IMG/VR virus record: IMGVR_UViG_3300014613_004232
Span: 1-64,000 of that record
Reading direction: 5' to 3' (one strand)
DNA length: 64,000 nt
Source: a virus
Position numbers and translations under genes: made by a program. Shown one piece after another: positions 27,181-36,672 of this stretch. Positions within the stretch are counted from its first letter, which is position 1; each line of letters opens with the position of its first letter. A model generated the notes under the pieces. That model ran no database searches and had not been told where the DNA came from. It saw only the letters and a list, made by a program, of their open reading frames with translations.

Positions 27181-30100
27181 TCAGGCGGGGACCTTATAGA
27201 GGGCCTTGGCGGCCTCAGGGTACTTCTGGACGATGATGTCCCAGGCGGCAGCCGGCACGTTCCATTGCAGCTTGCCAGCCTTGCCCATCCAGAGGGCGCG
27301 CCCGCCGGCCAGGGCTGCGGCAGCCTTGATGATGCCCATGTTGGGCTTGGTCTCGCCGGCGATGCCAACCTGACCGGCGGAGTCCTGCACCACCTCACCA
27401 GGCGACGGCTGGACCACCCCGGCCAACTGCGCCAGTCGGGCGAAGGTCTCGACCTCCTCGCCGCCGTTCATCGCGGTCAGGTTCTCCTCGATGAACTGGG
27501 TGAACTGGGTCTGGCGCACCGGCAGCAGCCCCTCCGGCATGACCAGCGTCACAAAGCCCTGTGCGTCAGCCTTGCCGTAGGGCGTCTCGCGGCGGCCCGC
27601 ACCCGGGATGCCGTTGAAGTAGACCCGGGCCTCACCCGTCTTGCTGGTCCAGGGGGACAACTTGAGCGGGGAGGACTGCACTGCGGTCTCGTTGACTGCA
27701 GGCGCCACCGGCTCGGACACCGAAGCAGGGGGCGTCTCGTCCCGGGCTTCTGGTTCGGGCTCCGGTTCTGGCGTCTTCTGAGCCTTGAGCGCCAGCGCCT
27801 CGGCCATCTCCTCTTCCATTCGCTTGGCTTCAGCTTCGCGTTCGAGTTGTCGGATGCGTGCGTTCACCGCATTGCGCATGGTGAATGGGGTCCACTCATC
27901 AATGAGCGCACCTTCAGGCAGCACGAGGTAGCGGTCAAGTACGGGTCGGGCCAACTGCTCCATGAACTGGTAGACCTCCTTCTCGGTGGTCGCTTTCGAC
28001 AGCGAAGCAGTCACCTCTGAGGAGGTCGGCCAATTGCCCATTTCAACCAACTTGGGCCGAGACTGGTTCTGCCAGAACTTGTCATTCGCGTCCGCCGCCC
28101 CGCGAGTGGCCACCAGGTAGTCTCGCTGCGTGAAGGGGGTTCCTTCGGCCTTCGCGACGTCGGCCAGTTGCTTCATTCGATCGTCAACCGATGGGCAGTC
28201 CTTGTAACCAGGATGAGCGATGCTGAAGTTGGATGCGGCGTCCATCACGACCTTCCGCCCGTTGCTGCCCCAATCGATCACGCCCGCCTGCCGTGCCGCC
28301 AGGGCCAGGAGCGCTGGGCTCAGCCCACCGGCGGTCACATCAATCGGGTACCGGAAAGGACCGGCACCCAGAATCACAGCTTCGCGGTCGCACTCCACCT
28401 TCACGGGCGCCTTGCGACGAAGTGCAACATCAGGCACAACCGACCCGAACAGGTAGGCCACGTTCGTGTTGGTGACCCCATCAGCACCATCGTCGAACTC
28501 GGCGGCCTCGTTCAGGGCCGCTTCGTACTCGGGCGAGCCGAACATGATGAACTCAGCGCCGGCCGTCATGGCATCGGCGGGGGTGATCACCAGGCCCTTC
28601 GGGTACCGCACGATCCGGTCCGGTGCGTCCATGATGCACAGGCGGCCATCCTTGAGGCGCACGAACATGCCCTTGGCCAGCACCTGGCCGCTGTAGACAG
28701 CGACCTCGCCGGCGCGCTGGGCGGCGATCAGTTGGGCGGGCAGCGTCCCATCCTGGCTGGCCAGACGGGCGAAGTCCTTCATGGCCTCTTCCTGCATGCG
28801 CTCGGCCGAGGCAACTTCCTGCTGCCACTCCATGTCCAGGTCCGAGCCCTCGACAACCTGAACGTGTGCGATGACGCGGTTCTCAATTGCCTCGCGCACC
28901 TTCGAGGCGTTGCTGTAGTGCGTCTCTGCGTTCAGGACGCCCATGATGCCGTTGCGCGTGCTGATGTTGTAGCCGCCGGACTTGATGGTCACGCTCGCAT
29001 CGATCTCGCGCACCATGCCGGCCACCTTCGCTTCGAGCTCGGCGATGCGGGCCTGCAGCTTGACCAGCCCGTCTGCCTTGAGTTTGCCGCCCTCGGCGCG
29101 CGCCTTCATGGCCTGCAGCGTCACCCGCAGGTCGTAGAGCGCCATCACCTTGCTCTTGGCCCAGTCCTCGGGCTTCTTGAAGGCCTTGACGAAGTCCGCC
29201 TGAGCGGCAGCCGTGCGCAGGTTGATCACCTGGCGTGCACGGGCGCTCTCGGCCCGAGCCTGGCGCTCGCGCAGCGCGGCGCGCTCCTGAATCGCTGCGA
29301 TGGCCTTCTCGTCGCCCATCGACTGGATGAGCTCGTCGTACTGCTCGTTGGTCAGGCCACCGGCCACTTGCACGTCGTTTCCGCCGTCCGGGCTCATGAC
29401 GTCGTTGATCCAGTCGGCCTTCTTGGTGGTCAGGGTGCGCTTGTACTGGTCGAAGGTGCCGTCCGCGTCGTAGAAGTAGACGTTGACGCGCTCCACGCGG
29501 TTGCCCTGGCGCGCGCCGCGGCCGTTGCGCTGGGTGGTCGCGTCGGGCGTCCAGCCGATGGTGAAGTGGTGGATCGCCTGGGTGCCCACCTGCAGGTCAA
29601 TGCCCACCTCGGCCTTCTCATTGGCGATCACGGTACGGTACTTGGCGCCCTCGCCCTCCGCGTTGAAGCCGTCCTGGATCTCCTGGATCTCGTCGGCGCT
29701 CTTGATCGTCTTGCCGCTGATGATGGTGATCTGGTTGGCCGGGATGCCGGCGCGCTTGGACAGCACACGCCGGATCTTGTTGTGCATCGGCAGGATGTCG
29801 CAGAAGATCAACTGCTTCACGCGGCCGGTACCGCGCGGGTTGCCCTCCTCCGTGCGCACGTTCTCCAGCAGCGCGGCCAACTTGGGCGGCACGGTGCAAT
29901 CCAGGTCGATGCCTGCCTTCTCGGCCATGGCTTCGAACTCCGTTTGCACGGTGGTGTCCATGGTGTCGACGGCGATTCGGCCGTCGGCCAGCACCTGGGC
30001 TTCGATCCGGCAAGGCAGCAACTGCAACTCGGCCTCACCGTCGCGCGTCACCTTGGGCTTGCCGACGGCTTCCGGCCGGGTCAGCGGGCCAGGAGCTCGG

Positions 30101-33100
30101 CGCCACTCGGTGCGATTCTTCTTGTTGAACTGCTCGCACACCTTGCGCGCGGCCTCGCGATCTGCCTCGCTGATCAAGTAGTAGGTGGCGCGGTCGTCGA
30201 GTTCTGGGTCCGCGATGATCAACGTCATCTTGTTGATGAGGTTGAACGGGTGGGCGATCAGCGAGATCGGCTCGCCGAACTTGGCCGCCACGGTCTGCAT
30301 GGCCTCAATCTGGGCGTCCGTCGGGAACCCGGTCGTCTTCATGGACTCGCGCGCACCCTGGTAGGCCAGGCGGTAGAGCTCCAGCAGGGCCTTGCTGCGC
30401 GGCGCCAACTGCACGCGCACCTGGTTCTCGGGCGCCTCGGGCACGTGGATGGTGCCGCCCACGTCCTTGGCCGTCTTGATGGTGGCCACCGTGTGCAGAA
30501 GGCCGCGCAGCAGGTTGACGTTCTGCAGGCCACGGAAGACACGCATGGTGCGCGGCACGCCGTCGATGCCTAACTCCTCGTCCTCCTCGATGTCGCACAT
30601 GACCTCCATGAAGGCATCGGCGCCCTTGGCGCCCATGGTCAGCGCGTGCACCTTGTCCTCACCGGCGGCCAGGCACATCATGGAGTAGATCTCCAAGGGG
30701 CTGTTCGTCACCGGGGTGGCGGTAAGCACCAGCGGCGGGTCGCCGCCCTCGCCCTCTCGCACGAACCAGGCCTTGATCTGCGCATCCTTGCCGCGCTGGC
30801 TGGCCTCGCTCACGCTCAGGAACTTGGCCGCGCTGAAGTCGACCGTCTCCTTGCTGTTCTTGAAGGCGTGGCCCTCGTCGATGACGATGGAGTCGATGCC
30901 CATGTCCTCGAAGAACGGGATTGCGGCCGACTTCTGACCGGTGCCGCTGGTCACCTCGGACAACTTCGACTCGGCGCGCTCCGTCTCCGCCTTCTTGTCG
31001 CTGCCGGTGTACGCAGGGTCCACGCGGCGCATGTAGGCCTCGTAGGCATCGATGGTTTCGTCCTTGAGCGGGATCGCCTTGAACGCCTCCATCGTGCAGA
31101 AGATCATCCGGTGGCGGTTCTCCAGGATGCGGGTGAAGTCGCGGGTGTAGTTGCCCGAGTCCATCTTGACGCTGCCGTCCTCCAGCACGTCCAGGCCCAC
31201 CCACAGGCAGTGGTCACCCGAGGCGAAGACGGGAGGCTTGTACCCGGGCTGGTCCTTGACACCCTTTCCGGTGACCAACTCGACGCGCCACTTGGACAGG
31301 ACCGAGTTGGGGACGACGAAGATGGTCTTCTTCTTGACCCCGATGGACTGCACGTAGAGCACCGCGGCCGCAGCCGTGGCCGTCTTGCCCAGGCCAACGC
31401 CGAAGCCATTGATGCCGCCGAAGGTGCGACCCTGCTTGCGAGCGTAGGCCGCCTGGTAGCCGTGGGCGCTGAAGTCGGGGTGCAGCCCCGGGATCTGCAG
31501 CGGCGATTCGTCGTCGACCTCGCGGAAGTACAGCCGCGCGGGATCATTCACCGTCTGGTGCAGGCGGTCCATGATGAGCGGGTGCGCCTTCACCCACTGG
31601 TCGAACTGCGCCGAGGCGGCCTTCGCCATGTCCTGCAGCATCTTCCGGCGCATGTCCTCCAGCGCCGGGTTGGCCAGGGCCTCGTCCTTGCTGGTCCGCG
31701 TGGACAGCGTGCCGCGCTTCAGGTACTCGGCAAATCGCTTGAGTTGTCGCTCACGCTCGTTCGAGGGCGACTTGATGTCGCAGATGATGACCTTGTCGCC
31801 ATCCTCGTCCAGGCCCACGACGAATGCCGGGTGCATGAACCGGCGCAGGAACTCGGCCTTCTCCTCCAAGGTCACGAAGGGGCTGAAGAGGTTGTAGCGC
31901 AGGGTCTCCGGGTTGATGACGTCCACGCGCTCGGATGCCAGGGCCTTCTGGCGCAGCAGCTTGTCGCGCACCGCCCCCGTTTCCTGCCCGATCTCGGCGT
32001 CCAGGCGGGCCAGCAGCGCGCCCAGGTTGCCCACGTAGAAGTCATCCGCCCGCATCGCTGCGGCGCCGCCGTCCACCACGCACCAGCCGTCGTCGGCCAG
32101 GGGGTCGAAGTCTGCGCCGTATATGGCGCGCAACTGCTCGACGGGGATCCGGTTGGTCTGGGCGCGGTACTTGAACGCGTCCACCTGGGCCTCCGTGTCC
32201 AGCGTGACGCCGGCCATGACGTCCTCGGCGACATCGCCGGTCCAGACGGGGCTGAAGCCGGAGCGTCGGTCGTACATGACGCCGATCTTCTTGAGCGCCG
32301 CCTTGCTGCCGGCGGTGAACTTGGCGAAGCCCTTCTTGGCTGTCGCAGCGTTCTCGCGCATGCCCTTGCTCAGGAAGGGGTACTCCGCATCGAAGTTGAA
32401 GCCGACTTCGCCGCCGTGGGCTTGAGAGACCTGGACGACGGCCAGGCCAGTCATCAGCGTGTTCCAGTAGCCCGTCTGCTGGGCTCGGTCCACCTTGGCC
32501 ACGTCAGCGTGCGCGGCGCGCAGCCAGTCGGGCATGTCCAGTTCCTTGCCGGTGCGCTGCAGGTGCGCGACGAACTGGCCCGCCTGCTCCCAGGTGGCGC
32601 TCTGCTGGGCAGCGCTCAACGCGCTTGAGAGCGTCTGCCCCAGCCCGTCGAAGGACGAGTCCTCGGCCGCCTTGGGCAGGGCCACCCACACGCCGTTGCG
32701 CATCTCCAGGGTCTGGCCAGCGGAGACCATCGTGTCGCCCTCGGCGTACAGGATCGGTGACGTCTCGGAGGCATTGAGCAGGGCCCAGTCGATGCGGCTG
32801 CCCGGGAACTTGCGCAGCAGTTGGCCGATCTCGGCGGGGCCTGCATTGCTCAGCACGCGGTCGACGTCACGGAACTTCGAAGGGTCCTTGGCCTTGAACT
32901 CGCCCAGCACGAAGCGACGGCCGTCGCCCATGAAGTAGTTGCCCGCGATGAACTCGACCCACAGCACGTTGGCTTTGGTCAACACCTCGGGGCTTTGCTC
33001 CTTGAGCTCGGCGATCTTCTCGGCGGCGTCGCGCCCGAACTTGCGCAGCACGATCACGTCGGTGATGGTGTCCGCATCAGCCGTGCCGAAAACCGAATTC

Positions 33101-34089
33101 GGGAGGCGGTAGGCGCCCATGAACTCGGCCTTGTAGGAGATGGCGATGCGCAGTTTCTCCTCTCGCCCGCCCTTGCCACTGACAATACGCGGCGGGACGA
33201 GGAACGCGGCCAGGCCGCCCGGCTTCAGCTTCTCCATCGAGCGCTGGATGAAGTAGCTCTCCAGCGTGTCATCCTGGTACCGGTCGTCCAACTTGCGATT
33301 GGCGCCACGGTCGTGCACGCCGCCAAACGGCACGTTCGTGATCACCGCGTCGAACTGCTCGTCGGCCGTTCGGCTGGCCACCGCCTCGAACGGGCTGACG
33401 ATAGCGTTGTAGCCTGGCCCACCGTTGACCAGTTGGTTGATTCGACCGGAGACCTCTGAGAGTTCCACCGCCTCGATTGCGGCATTGGGCGGGGCAGTTG
33501 CGCCAAACACGCCGGTACCGGCCGCCGGGTCCGACACTTTGCCGCCGGCAAAGCCCATCTCCACCAGCAGGCTCCACATGCCCTGGGCGATGGGCTTGGG
33601 GGTGTAATACTCGTAGGCGCTACCCTTGAGGCCATCGGCCCCGATCAGGTTGCCGCCGGTGCCGCTGTACTTGGCCAGAGTCTGCTTCTGCTCGTCCGTC
33701 AGGGAATCAGCCGACACCTCGCCAGCATCGATGCGGCGCAGCAGCGCGATCGCGTCTGCGTTGTCCTTGCGGCGGTGCGAGCTCTTGCGGTTCGGGTCGT
33801 AGTCGAAGAAGTGGGCGGTGGACACCCGCGGCTGTGCCACGGGCTCGGGACCGCCCTCAAGTTGGAAGGCCGACGCTGCGCGGCGTCCGGCTTCAAGGTC
33901 GACCCCCAACTTCCCGAGGACGACGATGATCCGAGAGGCGACCTTGGCCGACTTGAGCGCCGCCATGGGGACGCCTGGCTGGATGACTGCCTGCTCCTTG
34001 AGCAAGGCGGTCAATTCGGAGGTCAGTTTGAGTCGAGCGAGAACGCTGATGGGGGCATCGGAGGCCCCGTCAAGAACTGCATTGAGCAT
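27181..34089 (-). CDS. darB: DarB-like antirestriction protein: adenine methyltransferase plus SNF2/SF2 helicase
   Basis: EYYTPKPIA, DPAAGTG, TNVPFG MTase motifs; GVGLGKT, DEGH, TATP, GIDLQ, QRNGRGARQGN helicase motifs; 2302 aa. Confidence 0.92.
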   Translation of the reverse strand: MLNAVLDGASDAPISVLARLKLTSELTALLKEQAVIQPGVPMAALKSAKVASRIIVVLGKLGVDLEAGRRAASAFQLEGGPEPVAQPRVSTAHFFDYDPNRKSSHRRKDNADAIALLRRIDAGEVSADSLTDEQKQTLAKYSGTGGNLIGADGLKGSAYEYYTPKPIAQGMWSLLVEMGFAGGKVSDPAAGTGVFGATAPPNAAIEAVELSEVSGRINQLVNGGPGYNAIVSPFEAVASRTADEQFDAVITNVPFGGVHDRGANRKLDDRYQDDTLESYFIQRSMEKLKPGGLAAFLVPPRIVSGKGGREEKLRIAISYKAEFMGAYRLPNSVFGTADADTITDVIVLRKFGRDAAEKIAELKEQSPEVLTKANVLWVEFIAGNYFMGDGRRFVLGEFKAKDPSKFRDVDRVLSNAGPAEIGQLLRKFPGSRIDWALLNASETSPILYAEGDTMVSAGQTLEMRNGVWVALPKAAEDSSFDGLGQTLSSALSAAQQSATWEQAGQFVAHLQRTGKELDMPDWLRAAHADVAKVDRAQQTGYWNTLMTGLAVVQVSQAHGGEVGFNFDAEYPFLSKGMRENAATAKKGFAKFTAGSKAALKKIGVMYDRRSGFSPVWTGDVAEDVMAGVTLDTEAQVDAFKYRAQTNRIPVEQLRAIYGADFDPLADDGWCVVDGGAAAMRADDFYVGNLGALLARLDAEIGQETGAVRDKLLRQKALASERVDVINPETLRYNLFSPFVTLEEKAEFLRRFMHPAFVVGLDEDGDKVIICDIKSPSNERERQLKRFAEYLKRGTLSTRTSKDEALANPALEDMRRKMLQDMAKAASAQFDQWVKAHPLIMDRLHQTVNDPARLYFREVDDESPLQIPGLHPDFSAHGYQAAYARKQGRTFGGINGFGVGLGKTATAAAAVLYVQSIGVKKKTIFVVPNSVLSKWRVELVTGKGVKDQPGYKPPVFASGDHCLWVGLDVLEDGSVKMDSGNYTRDFTRILENRHRMIFCTMEAFKAIPLKDETIDAYEAYMRRVDPAYTGSDKKAETERAESKLSEVTSGTGQKSAAIPFFEDMGIDSIVIDEGHAFKNSKETVDFSAAKFLSVSEASQRGKDAQIKAWFVREGEGGDPPLVLTATPVTNSPLEIYSMMCLAAGEDKVHALTMGAKGADAFMEVMCDIEEDEELGIDGVPRTMRVFRGLQNVNLLRGLLHTVATIKTAKDVGGTIHVPEAPENQVRVQLAPRSKALLELYRLAYQGARESMKTTGFPTDAQIEAMQTVAAKFGEPISLIAHPFNLINKMTLIIADPELDDRATYYLISEADREAARKVCEQFNKKNRTEWRRAPGPLTRPEAVGKPKVTRDGEAELQLLPCRIEAQVLADGRIAVDTMDTTVQTEFEAMAEKAGIDLDCTVPPKLAALLENVRTEEGNPRGTGRVKQLIFCDILPMHNKIRRVLSKRAGIPANQITIISGKTIKSADEIQEIQDGFNAEGEGAKYRTVIANEKAEVGIDLQVGTQAIHHFTIGWTPDATTQRNGRGARQGNRVERVNVYFYDADGTFDQYKRTLTTKKADWINDVMSPDGGNDVQVAGGLTNEQYDELIQSMGDEKAIAAIQERAALRERQARAESARARQVINLRTAAAQADFVKAFKKPEDWAKSKVMALYDLRVTLQAMKARAEGGKLKADGLVKLQARIAELEAKVAGMVREIDASVTIKSGGYNISTRNGIMGVLNAETHYSNASKVREAIENRVIAHVQVVEGSDLDMEWQQEVASAERMQEEAMKDFARLASQDGTLPAQLIAAQRAGEVAVYSGQVLAKGMFVRLKDGRLCIMDAPDRIVRYPKGLVITPADAMTAGAEFIMFGSPEYEAALNEAAEFDDGADGVTNTNVAYLFGSVVPDVALRRKAPVKVECDREAVILGAGPFRYPIDVTAGGLSPALLALAARQAGVIDWGSNGRKVVMDAASNFSIAHPGYKDCPSVDDRMKQLADVAKAEGTPFTQRDYLVATRGAADANDKFWQNQSRPKLVEMGNWPTSSEVTASLSKATTEKEVYQFMEQLARPVLDRYLVLPEGALIDEWTPFTMRNAVNARIRQLEREAEAKRMEEEMAEALALKAQKTPEPEPEPEARDETPPASVSEPVAPAVNETAVQSSPLKLSPWTSKTGEARVYFNGIPGAGRRETPYGKADAQGFVTLVMPEGLLPVRQTQFTQFIEENLTAMNGGEEVETFARLAQLAGVVQPSPGEVVQDSAGQVGIAGETKPNMGIIKAAAALAGGRALWMGKAGKLQWNVPAAAWDIIVQKYPEAAKALYKVPA

Positions 34090-34117
34090 GGCTGCGCGGC
34101 TGGTGGATTTGCCGCGC

Positions 34118-34158
34118 AGTGTGGGAATCGGCGCCCCCCTTCAGGAGGCCCGTTTTCC
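34118..34158 (-). promoter_or_regulatory. Late-promoter motif (darB-ulx)
   Basis: GGAAAA-N29-CACACT. Confidence 0.8.
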
Positions 34159-34174
34159 GGTTACAGAGCCCTGA

Positions 34175-36334
34175 TCAAACGCCCTTCGCTGCAGCCACCG
34201 CCGCCGCCGTGTAGGCCTCGGCCGCACGGTTCAACATGCCCATCATCTCGGCGTCATCGGCGTACTTGGTGAACATGGGTTCGAGCTTGTCGAAGATGCC
34301 CGGATCCAGCAGGTCGATGGTCCCGTCGATGATCGACTGCAGGTATGCCTGGTCCTCAGTAGGGGCTACTTCGGTAGCTTGCGGCTGGCCCGGTTCGGGC
34401 GTTGCTTGGTCGCCACCATCGCTGCCAAACGGGATGGCGGCTGAAAACTTCTTGGTCATGGGGTTCCACTCGGAGGCATACACGGGGATGCTGTCGGCGT
34501 CGTAGCCTTGGCTTCCGGCAGACGCCTTTGCCAGGTCAAGCGTGTCGTAAGTGGTCAGAAGCACCCAAGAATCACCCTGCTTCGCCCGCCACTCGACAGA
34601 GGAGCCGACGATGTCCGTTTTGATGACAAACCGCGTTTCCTGGTGGCGTGCTTGCTTGATGACCGCCGGCGCGGCTCCCTGACCAGCCTTCTGTTCCAGT
34701 TCGGCGATGCGCTTGCGCGTCGTCCCGATCACCCCGTTGTTGTTGGACAGCATGTAGTCCGCAAAGCCGATGCGCCCCGCGAAGTCGGGCTTCTTCAGCC
34801 CCTCGATGGTCACCTGGTTGAGGCCCATCTCGATGAGCCCTTTGTCGTTGCCGGCCTTGATGAGCTTGTTGGCCTTCTTCATGAACTCCTGTTCGGCCAT
34901 GAGGGCCGCAAGTTTGGCTCGCAACTTCTCCAGGGCCTGGGGGTCATCCGAGGTGATGGCGCCCTTGGGAGCAAGGCGCTTGAGAGCGTTCAGGCGGGTC
35001 AGGTCATTGTCGGCCGGGGCTGCGGGCGCCGGCTGGCTGGGCGGTGCCGGCGGGGCCAGGCGGTCGACCTCCTGCAGGATCTTGGCTGCGGTCTCCTCAG
35101 GGGAGACGCTCAGGTCATCCTCGATCTCGACATCCGAGGAGCCAGGGAACTTGACCTTGTAGGTCAAGAACGCCATGGCCTCCAACTTCAGATCCTTCTG
35201 GATGTCGATGCTGCCAGAGGATTGAATCACGCGCGCATCGCCTCGGCTGTGCGTGTCGGCGTTGTGGTCAGTGCCTCGCACCATGCCGGCGGCCTTGAGC
35301 GCTTCGCTGATGGCACCGGCCCGGATGTTGAACTTCCCTTGCTTGGCTCGGGCCTCCTCATACGGATCCACCTTTGCCACCTGGTTCTTCGCCTCGGCGA
35401 TCGACTGGTTGAGATACGCCATGGTGTACTGAGGCACCTCGTGCATGCCGGATGTGCGGACGCTCGTGGGGTTGGCCACCACCGCCTCAATCCGCTCGGG
35501 CGACAGGCCATTGTTGCGGAGGTAATCGCGCGCTTCGCCACGCCCCATGTCCTTGGTCAGGCCCTCGGCCTTCAGACGGTCCTGTCGGGCGATCGTGCTC
35601 TCTGCCTTCTCGAACAGGTACTGCGGGTCGCTGACTCCCTCAGGCCACCCACGCTGCGCCAGTTCCTTCACGCTCTCGACGAGAGGCAGCAGGCGCTCCG
35701 AGAAATCGACTCGCAGGAGTTCGGCGTCGTGCTGCTGCTGGTAACTGGTGAGCAGATACGACAAGGTGTCGTAGGCCTCGCGAGCCTCGGCCTTGGTCAC
35801 GCGCGCCTTGGAGACAGCGGGCGCCGGCGCCTCCAGGCCAGCCAGTTTGGCCGCCCCTTCCGGGGTGACGGCAAGGCCATCCTTCACGAAGACAAAGCCC
35901 AGGATGTTCAAACCGGCCATCTTCACGCGCTGGCGCTTGTAGCCGGCGGCCTCGCAGGCCTTGATCTTCGCCAGATCATCGGCGGCCCGACCAGCACCGG
36001 ACGACTTCTCACCCTCGAAGGTGGCGGTCGCGGTCAACTGCATCATGCCCAGATCGACCCCCGTGCTGAAGAGCAGGTGCTGGTTGCGCCTGGGCAGCGT
36101 GCGGAACTCGGGGGGGATGGAGCTCGTGAATCGAGGGGTCCACTCCACCAACAGCGGCTCCAGCGGCACGGCGACGTCGTTCGCGACCAGTGCCGCAGGC
36201 TTGGCGGTCTCCTCGCGCGCTGCGAGGATGGACTTAGCCACATCCAGCTTCGCCAGTGCCGTCGGGGCCTGGGCCAGTTGTGTCCGCAGTGAGGGGATGC
36301 TGCCAGCGTCGTCCAGCGCAAGTGCTTGGGTCAT
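34175..36334 (-). CDS. Polyvalent virion protein with DUF3560-like segment and DarA_C-like C-terminus
   Basis: ITSDDPQALEKL...GF.DY.LSNNNG.I...RKRI segment; C-terminal D.AYLQSIIDG...L..AA.AY helical domain. Confidence 0.65.
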   Translation of the reverse strand: MTQALALDDAGSIPSLRTQLAQAPTALAKLDVAKSILAAREETAKPAALVANDVAVPLEPLLVEWTPRFTSSIPPEFRTLPRRNQHLLFSTGVDLGMMQLTATATFEGEKSSGAGRAADDLAKIKACEAAGYKRQRVKMAGLNILGFVFVKDGLAVTPEGAAKLAGLEAPAPAVSKARVTKAEAREAYDTLSYLLTSYQQQHDAELLRVDFSERLLPLVESVKELAQRGWPEGVSDPQYLFEKAESTIARQDRLKAEGLTKDMGRGEARDYLRNNGLSPERIEAVVANPTSVRTSGMHEVPQYTMAYLNQSIAEAKNQVAKVDPYEEARAKQGKFNIRAGAISEALKAAGMVRGTDHNADTHSRGDARVIQSSGSIDIQKDLKLEAMAFLTYKVKFPGSSDVEIEDDLSVSPEETAAKILQEVDRLAPPAPPSQPAPAAPADNDLTRLNALKRLAPKGAITSDDPQALEKLRAKLAALMAEQEFMKKANKLIKAGNDKGLIEMGLNQVTIEGLKKPDFAGRIGFADYMLSNNNGVIGTTRKRIAELEQKAGQGAAPAVIKQARHQETRFVIKTDIVGSSVEWRAKQGDSWVLLTTYDTLDLAKASAGSQGYDADSIPVYASEWNPMTKKFSAAIPFGSDGGDQATPEPGQPQATEVAPTEDQAYLQSIIDGTIDLLDPGIFDKLEPMFTKYADDAEMMGMLNRAAEAYTAAAVAAAKGV

Positions 36335-36359
36335 GGGATTCTCCGTTGAGGCGGACCGC

Positions 36360-36400
36360 ATTTGGCCCGCCCTCCGGCCTCACTCGCTCGCGGCCTTTCC
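36360..36400 (-). promoter_or_regulatory. Late-promoter motif
   Basis: GGAAAG-N29-CCAAAT. Confidence 0.7.
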
Positions 36401-36411
36401 GAAAGCCCACC

Positions 36412-36672
36412 TCACTGGAGCTCGAACCAAGGAGGGGCGATCACCAGGAGCCCGTCCGGCCGCTGGCAGAAGTGCAGCAGGTCAGTCGGGGCCAGCCGCT
36501 CTGTGGTGAGGCTGATGCCGTCGATGTTGGTGGAGGCGCGAATCTCGCGCTCCACGTACTCGATGGCGTCTGGCTCGCCATCCAGCCTCACCCCGCGCTC
36601 GTCCTCGGGGAAGGTGGCGTCGACGGCGCCATAGGGAGTGAAGCAAACGAAGGCGTCAGGGTTGCTGGGCAT
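36412..36672 (-). CDS. Small acidic protein after ddrB (same position as P1 hxr)
   Basis: Overlaps the ddrB stop; synteny only. Confidence 0.55.
   Translation of the reverse strand: MPSNPDAFVCFTPYGAVDATFPEDERGVRLDGEPDAIEYVEREIRASTNIDGISLTTERLAPTDLLHFCQRPDGLLVIAPPWFELQ

Noticed and set aside
28168-32628. Long plus-strand ORFs (801 aa, 660 aa); likewise 5345-7078, 34508-36292, 45331-47514 and 60935-62662
   Set aside because: Antisense shadows of codon-biased GC-rich minus-strand genes; no motifs or plausible starts
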